A stretch of DNA of 64,000 nucleotides. Origin: an uncultured Gammaproteobacteria bacterium (lineage in GTDB: Bacteria; Patescibacteriota; Microgenomatia; Levybacterales; GWA1-39-11). Location: positions 28,105 through 92,104 of the forward strand of contig CAYMYC010000002.1 of assembly GCA_964394645.1 (NCBI GenBank), written 5' to 3'. Under the pieces are notes generated by a model, which saw only the letters and a list, made by a program, of their open reading frames with translations, had not been told where the DNA came from and ran no database searches. The translations under genes and the position numbers were made by a program. Of the stretch, positions 48,288 through 58,262 are shown in pieces (position 1 is the stretch's first letter; every line of letters starts with the position of its first letter).

Positions 48288-49131
48288 GTAAGTTTACTTT
48301 TTTGAACCAGGGGTGTGCGCCTCCTGCTCCGACAATCAAATATTGCTGAATTATACCAAAAATTGTGAACGTATTCCAATAGAGAGATAAGCCGAGCGGT
48401 AAATTATATGAAAAGAACGCTATCATAATTGGAAAAATAAATAATGATTGGTTTTGGAAAGCGGTTTGGAAGTCGTCACTTTTTGCGGTTTTTTTAGATG
48501 AATCTTTTCCTTTTTCTTTCTTTACGACATCATCCGGATGGGGAAGCATCATTTTAGAGAGTATAAATTGTAAAAGTCCGGTTATAAGAGGGATTAAAAG
48601 AAAAAGTGGATTTGATGGCATGAGCTTTGCCGGCGTTGAGGAAAGTAAAATACCAAAAAAGTAAACATTCCAATCTGCTTGATTAATATGTAGCCATGGG
48701 AAATATAATACCTTATTTATGCTTTTTAATGTGTTTGGGTCAGTATTTACTACGTGTGTCAAAACGTTATATAGACTCCAAATAATTGGAAGTTGAATGA
48801 GAAGAGGTAGACATCCTGCCATTGGATTTATTCCATGCTCTTTGTAAAGCTTCATAGTTTCTGCTTGTTGTTGCTTTGCGTCTCCTTTGTGCTTTTCTTT
48901 TAATGCGGCTACATGAGGAGCTATTTTCTGCATTTTGTGAGCTGATTTTATTTGTTGAGAAGTAAAAGGATACAGGACAAGTCGAATAAGAATAGTAAGA
49001 CCTATAATTGAAAAACCAAGTGGGTATGGGGCATGTACAAAAAGTAAGAGTTGGTAAATTCCGACTAGAATATTTGTGATCGGATTAATAAATAATATGT
49101 TAAAAAGTGATCCTATTGCCTGGAAGTCCAT
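48271..49131 (-). CDS. yidC: Membrane protein insertase YidC (short form)
   Basis: LTILIRLVLYP, LYKEHGINPMAGCLP, PLGLSLYW, QQ. Confidence 0.94.
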   Translation of the reverse strand: MDFQAIGSLFNILFINPITNILVGIYQLLLFVHAPYPLGFSIIGLTILIRLVLYPFTSQQIKSAHKMQKIAPHVAALKEKHKGDAKQQQAETMKLYKEHGINPMAGCLPLLIQLPIIWSLYNVLTHVVNTDPNTLKSINKVLYFPWLHINQADWNVYFFGILLSSTPAKLMPSNPLFLLIPLITGLLQFILSKMMLPHPDDVVKKEKGKDSSKKTAKSDDFQTAFQNQSLFIFPIMIAFFSYNLPLGLSLYWNTFTIFGIIQQYLIVGAGGAHPWFKKVNLHGRKH

Positions 49132-49133
49132 AA

Positions 49134-49448
49134 TTATTTGTTTAGTCGTGCAACAATGTGTTCCACCTCATCTATTATAGCTGATTTTTTGTACTCTTGG
49201 AAGGGTAATCTTAAAAACACAACAATCGTGTATGAGTTATGTGTATTTTTACATGTATTTATGATAGCTTCACGAACCATGCGCTTAGCCTTATTTCGTA
49301 GTACAGCTTTTTTAGATACTTTTTTCCCCGCGATTACTCCAAAGGTTGGAGTATCAGATTTCTGATATCGAAAAACAAAGAAGGGGGTAATAATTTTTTG
49401 TTTTGGGGCACCACTTTTAAAAGAAAATCTTTGAGATTTTTTAAACAT
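49134..49448 (-). CDS. rnpA: Ribonuclease P protein component
   Basis: FGVIAGKKVSKKAVLRNKAKRMVRE (RNR motif); lies between rpmH and yidC. Confidence 0.9.
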   Translation of the reverse strand: MFKKSQRFSFKSGAPKQKIITPFFVFRYQKSDTPTFGVIAGKKVSKKAVLRNKAKRMVREAIINTCKNTHNSYTIVVFLRLPFQEYKKSAIIDEVEHIVARLNK

Positions 49449-49459
49449 GAAGTAGTAAG

Positions 49460-49603
49460 TTAGTTTGAGGGAGCTAATTTCTTTCTTCCCTTAAGTCTTC
49501 TTCTTTTTAAAACCGCTTTTCCGCTGTGGGTTTTATTTCGGGACATAAATCCATGTTTTTTTATCCCCTTCACCTTTTTGTGCTTCATCCGTTTTTCAGA
49601 CAT
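49460..49603 (-). CDS. rpmH: 50S ribosomal protein L34 (not in ORF track)
   Basis: MSEKRMKHKKVKGIKKHGFMSRNKTHSGKAVLKRRRLKGRKKLAPSN; HGF..R...G..VL.RRR.KGRK.L signature. Confidence 0.92.
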   Translation of the reverse strand: MSEKRMKHKKVKGIKKHGFMSRNKTHSGKAVLKRRRLKGRKKLAPSN

Positions 49604-49609
49604 ATGTGT

Positions 49610-49638
49610 ATTGTACTAAATTGTAAGTCAGTTGACAA
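49610..49638 (-). promoter_or_regulatory. Promoter of the rpmH-rnpA-yidC-jag operon (leaderless)
   Basis: Minus strand TTGTCA-17 nt-TACAAT-6 nt-ATG. Confidence 0.65.
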
Positions 49639-49752
49639 TAAGCAGCCTCGGGAGTATGCAGATGAAATATAGTAACCAACTAATCCTGAGATTTTCTTAT
49701 TTCAACAATCTTTCCTCTTTTCATATAGCCTTTTTTTTGTTACTCTGAATAT

Positions 49753-50829
49753 ATGATAAAAGTAGCAATCAACGGATACGGTAGGATTGGTAGAGTAGCT
49801 CACAGAATAATTATTGAAAAACATTCAGATGAAATAGAAGTGGTTGCTATAAATGCAGGATCAAGTACTGACATGCAAGGATGGATGTATTTACTCAAGT
49901 ATGATACCACTTATGGTCCGCTTTCTCATCACGCATTATTTATACAAAAACCTGAAGAGGTAACTATCAAAACATCAACTCCCACAATAGGAGCATTGGT
50001 AGTAGACGACAAGATAATTCCATTTTTTTCCGAAAAAGATCCGACCAAACTTCCATGGAAAGAGTTAGATGTGGATGTGGTAATAGAGTCAACTGGAGCA
50101 TTTACAACACCAGAAAAAATTCAACCCCATCTTGATTCCGGTGCAAAGTCTATTGTCTTGTCAGCTCCCTTTAAGGATGAGGCGGCTTCTGCCACCTATG
50201 TATTAGGGGTAAACTTAGACCCTGATAAAACGGATAATTTGGAAAATGTAATAAGTAATGCATCATGTACGACAAATTGCATAGCCCCCGTTGCAGCAGT
50301 TATGGAGCACGCATTTGGAATAGAGAAGGCGATGATGACAACTATTCACAGTTATACTTCAGATCAAAGAGTGCAAGACGGTGGACATAAGGATTATAGG
50401 CGGGCACGTGCAGCAGCTCAAAACATTATTCCTACATCAACCGGGGCAGCTAAGGCCGCAGCTAAGGCAATACCATCTCTTGAAGGGATATTTAATGGCC
50501 TTGCAGTACGAGTCCCGACAGTTGTAGGATCTTTATCAGATTTTACTTTTTTACTTAAAAAAAATGTTACCGTTGAGGAGGTAAACTCAGAATTTAAAAA
50601 TGCTGCCGATACGCCCAAATGGAAGGGAATATTAAGAGCTACAACTGACCCAATTGTTTCAAGCGATATTATTGGTGATTCACATTCATCAATTGTCGAT
50701 CTTTCATTGACACAAGTAGTAGGAGGCAATATGGTAAAGGTTATTGCTTGGTATGACAATGAATTTGGGTACGCAAACAGGCTTGTTGAAGAGACTGTTG
50801 TCCTCGGAAAAAAATATCAGACAAAATAA
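49753..50829 (+). CDS. gap: Glyceraldehyde-3-phosphate dehydrogenase type I
   Basis: INGYGRIGR, SNASCTTNC, WYDNEFGY. Confidence 0.97.
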   Translation: MIKVAINGYGRIGRVAHRIIIEKHSDEIEVVAINAGSSTDMQGWMYLLKYDTTYGPLSHHALFIQKPEEVTIKTSTPTIGALVVDDKIIPFFSEKDPTKLPWKELDVDVVIESTGAFTTPEKIQPHLDSGAKSIVLSAPFKDEAASATYVLGVNLDPDKTDNLENVISNASCTTNCIAPVAAVMEHAFGIEKAMMTTIHSYTSDQRVQDGGHKDYRRARAAAQNIIPTSTGAAKAAAKAIPSLEGIFNGLAVRVPTVVGSLSDFTFLLKKNVTVEEVNSEFKNAADTPKWKGILRATTDPIVSSDIIGDSHSSIVDLSLTQVVGGNMVKVIAWYDNEFGYANRLVEETVVLGKKYQTK

Positions 50830-50895
50830 TTACTAATTGACCTAATTACTAAATAATGATTTAATACCCAATTATCTCAAGCACTATTAAAAAAT

Positions 50896-51465
50896 ATGAA
50901 GGACACAAGAATAATTACTGTTTCAGGAAGAATTGGAGCAGGCTCAACAACTCTAGCAAATGGAATAGCACACCATTTGGGTTGGAAGCACATAGAAGGT
51001 GGAGAAATATTTTGGGAAGCGATACGTTCTAAAATGAATGTTGACGCGAAGGATACACATCTTCGTCCAGATGAGGAAGATGCGCTTTTTGATGAGCAGC
51101 TTAAAAAAATTCTTAAAGAAAATAGAAACATTGTATTGGAGACAAAACTTGCAGGTTATAATGCGCAAGGAGTTGACGGTGTTTTTAAAATACTGGTTAT
51201 ATGTGAAGATAGAGTGGGAGTAGACCAGACTCAAATGAGAATTGATAGATTAGTAAATCGTGAAGGAAAAGCTATGGAAGATGCAAAAAAAGAAGTTCTA
51301 GAAAGAGAGAAAAACGATTTAGCAAAGTGGAGGCATATGTATGCTCATGATGATCAGGACTGGGTATATTTTGATCCTAAATATTATGATTTTGTGATTA
51401 ACACCTTTGAGCATAGCAAGGAAGAGACTTTAAAAATTGTGCAAGACGTTCTTGAGAAAAAATAG
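50896..51465 (+). CDS. Archaeal-type cytidylate kinase-like protein
   Basis: ITVSGRIGAGSTT P-loop, GEIF, YDFVINT. Confidence 0.7.
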   Translation: MKDTRIITVSGRIGAGSTTLANGIAHHLGWKHIEGGEIFWEAIRSKMNVDAKDTHLRPDEEDALFDEQLKKILKENRNIVLETKLAGYNAQGVDGVFKILVICEDRVGVDQTQMRIDRLVNREGKAMEDAKKEVLEREKNDLAKWRHMYAHDDQDWVYFDPKYYDFVINTFEHSKEETLKIVQDVLEKK

Positions 51466-51483
51466 GACCTTGGGGTTTTCGCC

Positions 51484-51945
51484 TTAGCTTCTTTGGTTTT
51501 TTATCCATTTTCTATAAAAATCTTCCCGTTTTATTTCTCTTTCAGATTTTCTTTTCCATGCTGCGTCCATTTGCCAGTTAACCTCTTCTCCTAGAGAAGG
51601 GTTATGTGTTTCGATATAATTCATAGACTCTACAACAAATTTCACACCAGAATCATTTCCCGGAAGTGTGTCGGCAAGACCATCTGCTAGTTGCTCTATT
51701 TTTGCATAAATTTTATCTGCAGCATTTCCTGAAATTACGGTTTTATACCTCCTCATTTCTTCTGTGAATATGACAAATATTTCTTCGCTTGAAGTGTTGG
51801 TAAGAATAGTTGAGGTTTGAATAGGTATGTCTTTAGTTGTTATTAAAGTTCTTCGTTCTCTTCTTATAGGTTCTGTTGCTTTTATAAGCCTTAGTTTTAG
51901 CTCTTTGACATTTGGCTCTATTTGCTTTGGCGGTTTCTCAGACAT
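51484..51945 (-). CDS. Hypothetical protein
   Basis: 153-aa ORF preceded by TGA-TATAAT-6 nt-ATG. Confidence 0.7.
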   Translation of the reverse strand: MSEKPPKQIEPNVKELKLRLIKATEPIRRERRTLITTKDIPIQTSTILTNTSSEEIFVIFTEEMRRYKTVISGNAADKIYAKIEQLADGLADTLPGNDSGVKFVVESMNYIETHNPSLGEEVNWQMDAAWKRKSEREIKREDFYRKWIKNQRS

Positions 51946-52009
51946 GGGTAGATTATATCATTTAGTTAGTTGTGTGTGAAAATTTGAAAGGGTATTTTAT
52001 TATCAATGT

Positions 52010-52254
52010 ATGAGTGAAGTCTCATCTAAAGAAGCGCTATCTGTAAATGCATCAAAACCAGAAGATAAAAAAAATCCAACTGAGCCCAAGAGAGAGGGTT
52101 GACGTCCGCACTTGTACTATCAACTGTTGACAAAAGTGCATCGGGTAAATTATTTGCAAGGTCAACACCAATAACATTTTTATATAGTGGTGCGTTGGAT
52201 ATGAGTCAAAACCCTCTTTATGACTATACAAATACTCCTTTTGACACACCATAA
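52010..52254 (+). pseudogene. Possible frameshifted small gene
   Basis: TATTAT-6 nt-ATG 52010; 30 codons to TGA just after an AG repeat; the -1 frame stays open to TAA at 52252-52254. Confidence 0.3.
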
Positions 52255-52265
52255 AGTATTGAAAA

Positions 52266-53306
52266 TTACTCAAGTACGCTTATTCCCGGGAGTTTTTTGC
52301 CTGATAGAAATTCTAACATTGCACCTCCACCAGTTGAAATAAAAGAAAAACTACCCAACATGTTGTGCTCTCTTAGCAGTGTTAATGAGTCTCCTCCACC
52401 AACTACCGTATATGCATCTGATTCAGCAATTGCCTTAGCAATTTTTAGAGTATTTGCCTCTGTTTGAGAGTTGCCCATCTTGCCAACCGGTCCATTCCAT
52501 ACAATAGTTTTGGCAAGAGCGAGAATTTGTATAAAGTTTTCTGTGTCTTTTTCTGTGATGTCTTCACCGTTTGGAGTATTATCTGCTACCAATACAGCAG
52601 ATTTTTGACCACTAATTTTTTCATGTTGAACTTTGATTAGAGTTTTTGTTTCATCGGCAATTTTACCCCCTACTAGTACATAGTCTGCTGTGTGGTGCAT
52701 TTTTTCTACCATAGGAAGTTTTGTTTCAATTTTTGCTCCTCCAATAAGAACTGCAAGTGGGCGTTTTGGATTTTTCATAATATTCTCCAATGTTTTCACT
52801 TCTTTTTGAAAATGAAATCCTGCATATGAGGGGAGTAGTTTTGCTAAGCCAACGGTTGTTGCATGCGCCCTATGAGAAACTGCGAAAGCTTCATTTACAA
52901 AAATATCTCCAAGACCTGCCAATTTTTTTGCAAACGCTTTATCGTCTTTCTCCTCACCTTCGTAAAAGCGAACGTTCTCAAGAAGGAATAAGTTGTCTTT
53001 AATTTGCCAACAGGGAAATTCATTTAATGTTTCCTGTTTAATTTCCCCTCCAAAATGCTCCGCATACCACTTGGCTACGATTTCTAAGGTGAGTTTGAGA
53101 GTTACCTTTCCGTCCGGTCGTCCTAAGTGTCCAATAAGAACTGCAATTCCTCCGTGACTTATTATATATTTAATAGTTTCTAGTGAAGACAAAAGTCTTG
53201 TGTCGTCAAGGATGAAGTCATTTTTAATATCTACATCTGAATCAATTCTTACAAGTACAGTTTTATTCTGAAAATTGGATACATCTGAAATGCTTTTGAG
53301 TGTCAT
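52266..53306 (-). CDS. pgk: Phosphoglycerate kinase (short form)
   Basis: GHLGRP, LLENVRF, SHRAH, WNGPVG, VGGGDS, STGGGAMLEFL. Confidence 0.94.
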   Translation of the reverse strand: MTLKSISDVSNFQNKTVLVRIDSDVDIKNDFILDDTRLLSSLETIKYIISHGGIAVLIGHLGRPDGKVTLKLTLEIVAKWYAEHFGGEIKQETLNEFPCWQIKDNLFLLENVRFYEGEEKDDKAFAKKLAGLGDIFVNEAFAVSHRAHATTVGLAKLLPSYAGFHFQKEVKTLENIMKNPKRPLAVLIGGAKIETKLPMVEKMHHTADYVLVGGKIADETKTLIKVQHEKISGQKSAVLVADNTPNGEDITEKDTENFIQILALAKTIVWNGPVGKMGNSQTEANTLKIAKAIAESDAYTVVGGGDSLTLLREHNMLGSFSFISTGGGAMLEFLSGKKLPGISVLE

Positions 53307-53330
53307 AGTACTTTTATACACAAATAATGT

Positions 53331-55730
53331 TTACTGGGCAAGTGCTGTTGCCGGTTTTGTGGGTGATGGGGTAATAGGGGTATATCTACATCCACCCTCT
53401 GTTCCTTTAAGAAAATACATCTCAAATCCGTAGCAAGATTTTTTGGTCAGACTGTCGGGGATAAGAAGTGGACCTTCATTTCTTGTTTCAAGGAGGCTGG
53501 TAATAATTCTGTTCCACATGGGAGCGGCTCCTGTTATTCCAGATGCTAATGCTTGGCTCATGGGAGAATTGTCATTGTTGCCTACCCAGGTTGCAACTAC
53601 TAGATTGGGAGTAAATCCTACGGTCCAATTGTCTCGTTTATTGTCTGTTGTCCCCGTTTTAACAGATACTCTGTGATTTGGTACATTTAACGGAGAATTG
53701 CTGCCAAACTCAATTGATCTTGCCCTGTTATCTGACAAGATGTCTGAAATAATAAATGCAACACCAGCGTCTAGTACTTGGGATCCTTGGGGTATTTTTT
53801 TATAAAGTTCGTTTCCGAACGAATCAGTAATTGAAAGAATCGGATCCATATCAACCCGTTTTCCAGAATTTGCAACTGTTCCGTAAACATTTGCAAGATT
53901 TAACATTGTAGTTTCAGCTCCGCCCAAAGTTATTGATAGACCATATTTTTCAGGTTCATTCCAGGTTTTTATACCCATCCGCTTTCCTTGTTCAATGATA
54001 TTTTCCACTCCCATTTTTTGAGCAACCCGTACTGCAGGAATATTGAGCGAATTTGCAAACGCTAAACGTAAGGGTACATTCCCTCTATAGCTTCCGTCGT
54101 AATTGACGGGAGTGTAAGCAGGACCCTGTGCGGGAGTTATGGTAAGAGGAGAGTCATCTAACATTGTCGCCTGTGTGTATCCTGATGAGAGAGCAAGAGC
54201 ATAGGTTACGATTTTAATCGTAGATCCTGGTTGACGCAGCGAGGTGACTAAATTTACATTTCCATCATGTTCCGTGTCAAAGTAATCTTTTGAGCCAACC
54301 ATAGCAAGCACATCACCGTTTCTTGGATCTGTAACTACTGATGCACCGTTTGATATGTTAAGCGCTGCGTTCCCATCTACTTCATTTTTTACAATTTCCT
54401 GTACCTTATTCTGCATTTTCATATCAAGAGATGTTTTTACCTGGAGTCCTCCATGTTCTACTTCAGATAGACCATATTTTTGAACGAGTAGATCTTTTAT
54501 GTACATTACAAAGTGTGGTGCTTTAATCCCTACGCGTGAACCTGCAAAAATAAGCTTTTTGTCATATGCTTCATCTGATTGTTTTTTACTAATTGCTCCC
54601 ATTCTTACCATTGCTGACAATACATCTTTCTGTCTCTTTTTCCACAGAGTGGGGGTTGTAGAGTAGGGAGAATATATACTGGGTGCCCTGGGAATACCTG
54701 CAAGAAAGGCAGATTCAGCAAGGTCTAACTTTTCTACTGATTTGCCAAAATATATTTCACTTGCAGCCTGAACTCCCCATGCTGTTCCTCCATAAGGCAC
54801 ATAATTGAAGTAAAGTCCTAATATCTGTTCCTTGCTGTAAACTCGTTCTGCCCAAAATGCCAAAAGAACTTCCTTCACTTTCCGCGTAATTGTTGGTTCA
54901 GGAGTAAGAAGGGATGACTTTATGAGCTGCTGTGTAATTGTTGATCCACCCTGAAGATCATTGTGTTTCAGGTTTGAAACGAGTGCGCGTAGCATGCCTC
55001 TCACATCAAAACCTGGGTGCGTATAAAAATCTCTATCCTCAATTGCGATTGTTGCTTGCTGGAGATGTTTGGGGATCTTGCCAAGTGGGACAATTGATCT
55101 GTTTTGATTTGCGAATATCTCATAAAGTAGTACTCCATTTCTGTCATAAATTTTTGTAGTTTTGGGTATGTACGTTGTTGAAATTCCAGACGGATTTGGA
55201 AGGTCAGAGAGAAAGACCAGAGCAACTAGTGGGAGGAAAATAAAAATTGATGCAAAAATTACTCCCCAGAAAAAAATTTTGAATCTGTACCAAAAGGAAG
55301 GGCGTCCCCTATGCGCTTTCCGTAATTTTTTCTCTTCTGATAAAATTTTTTGCTCCAAGATAAACTCATCGCGTTTTTGTTTTTCATATTCGTAAAGCAT
55401 TACAAATGGATACGTCACAAACTTAAAAAGCTTTTTCGTTTTTTTAATGACTTTTTTGGTGTAGTGTTTAATGTAATAGTTGTGTTTTCTTTTTGTTTTA
55501 AATAATATCTGCTTTTTTTTAAGTCGGTGATTTTTATTCTGTAACATTAGATGGGGAAGTCTTGAAGGGTTTTTGTAAATCTTTATTAATGTTCTGTGGC
55601 TTTTTATAAAAATTCTTCCCAAGTGAGATAAAAGGTAAAGCACGCTATCCCCAATTAAAATGAGGATCCAAATAAGAAGATAAAAAAGATCTACTATAAG
55701 TCTCATGGCGCTCCCAATTATCCGATTCAT
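53331..55730 (-). CDS. Second class A penicillin-binding protein with an extended N-terminus
   Basis: EDRDFY.H, GGSTITQQL, RKVKE, STIK, SLN, KTG; start uncertain. Confidence 0.93.
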   Translation of the reverse strand: MNRIIGSAMRLIVDLFYLLIWILILIGDSVLYLLSHLGRIFIKSHRTLIKIYKNPSRLPHLMLQNKNHRLKKKQILFKTKRKHNYYIKHYTKKVIKKTKKLFKFVTYPFVMLYEYEKQKRDEFILEQKILSEEKKLRKAHRGRPSFWYRFKIFFWGVIFASIFIFLPLVALVFLSDLPNPSGISTTYIPKTTKIYDRNGVLLYEIFANQNRSIVPLGKIPKHLQQATIAIEDRDFYTHPGFDVRGMLRALVSNLKHNDLQGGSTITQQLIKSSLLTPEPTITRKVKEVLLAFWAERVYSKEQILGLYFNYVPYGGTAWGVQAASEIYFGKSVEKLDLAESAFLAGIPRAPSIYSPYSTTPTLWKKRQKDVLSAMVRMGAISKKQSDEAYDKKLIFAGSRVGIKAPHFVMYIKDLLVQKYGLSEVEHGGLQVKTSLDMKMQNKVQEIVKNEVDGNAALNISNGASVVTDPRNGDVLAMVGSKDYFDTEHDGNVNLVTSLRQPGSTIKIVTYALALSSGYTQATMLDDSPLTITPAQGPAYTPVNYDGSYRGNVPLRLAFANSLNIPAVRVAQKMGVENIIEQGKRMGIKTWNEPEKYGLSITLGGAETTMLNLANVYGTVANSGKRVDMDPILSITDSFGNELYKKIPQGSQVLDAGVAFIISDILSDNRARSIEFGSNSPLNVPNHRVSVKTGTTDNKRDNWTVGFTPNLVVATWVGNNDNSPMSQALASGITGAAPMWNRIITSLLETRNEGPLLIPDSLTKKSCYGFEMYFLKGTEGGCRYTPITPSPTKPATALAQ

Positions 55731-55937
55731 TCGGATAGAGTACACCTATCGGATAAAACAGGGGAATTTGAATCAGATTATACTGAAGGGATAATATGGA
55801 CGCAAGTGGTAAAAATGTTTGAGCCATGGGTTCTTACGACCTCATACTAGAGGTTCAGTTTTAAAATGTACACAACAAGCATCAGTTGCAAAATTGCAAT
55901 CATACATATTAGAATAAAAGTGCCTCAAAAATATTAT

Positions 55938-56912
55938 ATGTGTACGCTTGTTGTCGGGTCATCTGATATAGACATATTTCTTTCACCAGAGTCAAACACT
56001 TCATATACTCAAACTGATAAAGAAGTTTCTTTTGGACTAGGGGATAAAATTCCCATAAAACTTTCAGAAATGAAACTAGGGGGGAACGGTTCAAATGTTT
56101 CAGTAGGACTTAAAAAGCTCGGTCTTGATGTATCCTTTTATACATATATGGGTGAAGATGTGTTGGGGCATCAGATGAGGGAGACTATTGAGCAGGCGGG
56201 GATAGATCTTATAGAGAGTAAATTAAAAACGAAAAGCTCTTCATTATCTCTTATTTTTGATTTTTCCAAAGACAGAGTTATATTCTCGCATCATGAGGTA
56301 CTTCCTTACGACTTTGACGCAACACGAGTGAGCGATATTCAATCTTTATATTTGACATCAATTGGGGAAGACTGGCAGAAGGCGTATAAAGACGTTTTAT
56401 TATATGTTCAGTCGCACCCCTTATTATTAGCATTTTCTCCAGGCTCACATCAGTTGAAGGACAGCAACGATGTTATTTTTGAGGTATTAGCAGCATCAAA
56501 AATTTTATTTGTAAATAAAGAAGAAGGTGAGAGATTGCTTGCCAAGAAAAAAGAAGTAGCAGGCGACATGCGCGAATTATTGTATAAGTTGTCTCAGTTT
56601 GGTCCAGACATAGTTTCTGTTACTGATGCTCAAAATGGAGCGTATAGTTACTCAGAAAACGCATATTACGCTATCCCCTCATATGACGAAAATCTACGCT
56701 CTATTGATAAAACAGGCGCAGGAGATTCATATGCATCTGCTTTTTTTGGCGCACTTTTACTAGGCAAAAATATAAAAACTGCAATGGCTTGGGGAGCAGT
56801 AAATGCGCAAGGTGTTATGAGTAAAGTTGGTGCTCAAGATGGACTCTTGACGAAAGATAAAATTGAAAGTATGCTAGTTGCGCGTTCAGATTTTCAGGTG
56901 ATGCAGATATAA
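55938..56912 (+). CDS. PfkB-family carbohydrate kinase
   Basis: GGNGSNV, NKEE, DKTGAGDSY; first gene of the fba-rpiB-rpe operon. Confidence 0.9.
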   Translation: MCTLVVGSSDIDIFLSPESNTSYTQTDKEVSFGLGDKIPIKLSEMKLGGNGSNVSVGLKKLGLDVSFYTYMGEDVLGHQMRETIEQAGIDLIESKLKTKSSSLSLIFDFSKDRVIFSHHEVLPYDFDATRVSDIQSLYLTSIGEDWQKAYKDVLLYVQSHPLLLAFSPGSHQLKDSNDVIFEVLAASKILFVNKEEGERLLAKKKEVAGDMRELLYKLSQFGPDIVSVTDAQNGAYSYSENAYYAIPSYDENLRSIDKTGAGDSYASAFFGALLLGKNIKTAMAWGAVNAQGVMSKVGAQDGLLTKDKIESMLVARSDFQVMQI

Positions 56913-56918
56913 AAAACC

Positions 56919-57806
56919 ATGACTAATCAAGACTTAGCCCGCTCTCTTTGGATTCGGACACGTCAAGAAAAATTTGCCGTTGGAGCGTTCAATATAGATA
57001 ATCAAGAAACACTTATTGCGATAGCCCGTGCTGCTAAAAATAAAAATTCCCCCGTCTTAGTTGAGGTTTCACATGGAGAGGTTGAGGCTATGGGGCTCAT
57101 AAATGTTCGTAGTCTAGTTGACAATTATAAAAAGGAATATGGTATAGAGATGTATATTAACTTAGATCATTCGCCTTCGGTTGAAGCAGCAAAAGCCGGA
57201 ATTGATGCCGGGTTTGAATTTATTCATATTGATCTATCTCAAGAAAAAAAAGGAGCAACACTTTCTGAAATTATTAAAGCAACAAAAGAAGTAGTTGAAT
57301 ATGCAAAAACTACAAAAGCCTTAGTTGAGAGTGAGCCTCATTATTTTGGTGGGAGCTCGAACGTGCATCATGATGAAATTAATTATGATGAGATTAAAAA
57401 AACGTTTAGTACTCCCACGGGTGCAAAAGAATTTGTAGAAGCAACGGGAATAGATACATTTGCTGCTGCAATTGGAAATCTCCACGGTAAATATCCAGTC
57501 CCTAAAGTACTTGATATTGATTTATTAAAGCAAATTAGGGCAGTGTTATCCTGCGCAATCAGCCTTCATGGGGGGTCAGGAACTCCACCAGAATATTTTA
57601 AGCAGGCTATTGAGGTTGGGGTAAGTAAGATTAATATAAACTCAGATATGCGTTATGCCTTTAGAACAGAATTGGAACGTCAATTAAAAGATAATCCAGA
57701 TGAATATGCCGTGGTAAAACTCATGAAGCCAGTTGAGGATGAGGTACAAAAAGTAGTAGAGGAGAGAATGGATGTATTTGGGTCTACAGGAAAAGCGGTA
57801 ATATGA
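56919..57806 (+). CDS. fba: Class II fructose-bisphosphate aldolase
   Basis: AVGAFN, LDH, GNLHGKY, LHGGSG, KININSD. Confidence 0.92.
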   Translation: MTNQDLARSLWIRTRQEKFAVGAFNIDNQETLIAIARAAKNKNSPVLVEVSHGEVEAMGLINVRSLVDNYKKEYGIEMYINLDHSPSVEAAKAGIDAGFEFIHIDLSQEKKGATLSEIIKATKEVVEYAKTTKALVESEPHYFGGSSNVHHDEINYDEIKKTFSTPTGAKEFVEATGIDTFAAAIGNLHGKYPVPKVLDIDLLKQIRAVLSCAISLHGGSGTPPEYFKQAIEVGVSKININSDMRYAFRTELERQLKDNPDEYAVVKLMKPVEDEVQKVVEERMDVFGSTGKAVI

Positions 57807-58255
57807 AAAAAGTATATTTGGGAGCGGATCATGCAGGATTTGCATACAAGGAGGAATTGAAGCCAATTATTAAAAAATTAGGATATGATCCAATAGATTG
57901 TGGAGCATTTTTCTATGATAAGGATGATGACTATCCAGACTTTTGTGCAGAAACAGCACGGCAAGTAGCTTCTGAGGCTGGATCTTTTGGTGTTGTTTTT
58001 GGGAAATCAGGTGCCGGAGAATGTATCGTTGCAAACAAAATCTATGGAGTTCGAGCATTTTTGGCAATAAATAAGCAAAATGTGCAGCTTGCAAGAGAGC
58101 ACAATGACGCAAACGTCATGTCAATTGGGTCCGCTTTTATAAAAGAAGATGATCTTGAGACGCTTCTTGCAACATTTCTCAAAACGCCTTTTTCCAATGA
58201 CGAACGCCATATAAGAAGAATCCAGAAGATCAAAGATCTTGAAAAGAGGGTATGA
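57803..58255 (+). CDS. rpiB: Ribose-5-phosphate isomerase B
   Basis: GADHAGF, DYPD, REHNDAN, RHIRRI. Confidence 0.92.
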   Translation: MKKVYLGADHAGFAYKEELKPIIKKLGYDPIDCGAFFYDKDDDYPDFCAETARQVASEAGSFGVVFGKSGAGECIVANKIYGVRAFLAINKQNVQLAREHNDANVMSIGSAFIKEDDLETLLATFLKTPFSNDERHIRRIQKIKDLEKRV

Positions 58256-58262
58256 TATAAAA

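Noticed and set aside
50896-51465. Missing Walker A Lys (GAGSTT) as a sign of a pseudo-kinase
   Set aside because: Archaeal-type CMP kinases often have a hydroxyl residue at this position, so it is not evidence of inactivity.
55740-55900. Possible 6S RNA (TTTGAGCCATGGGTTC resembles a 6S motif)
   Set aside because: Could not build a convincing long rod with a central bubble by hand; a cmsearch with the Rfam 6S model would decide it.
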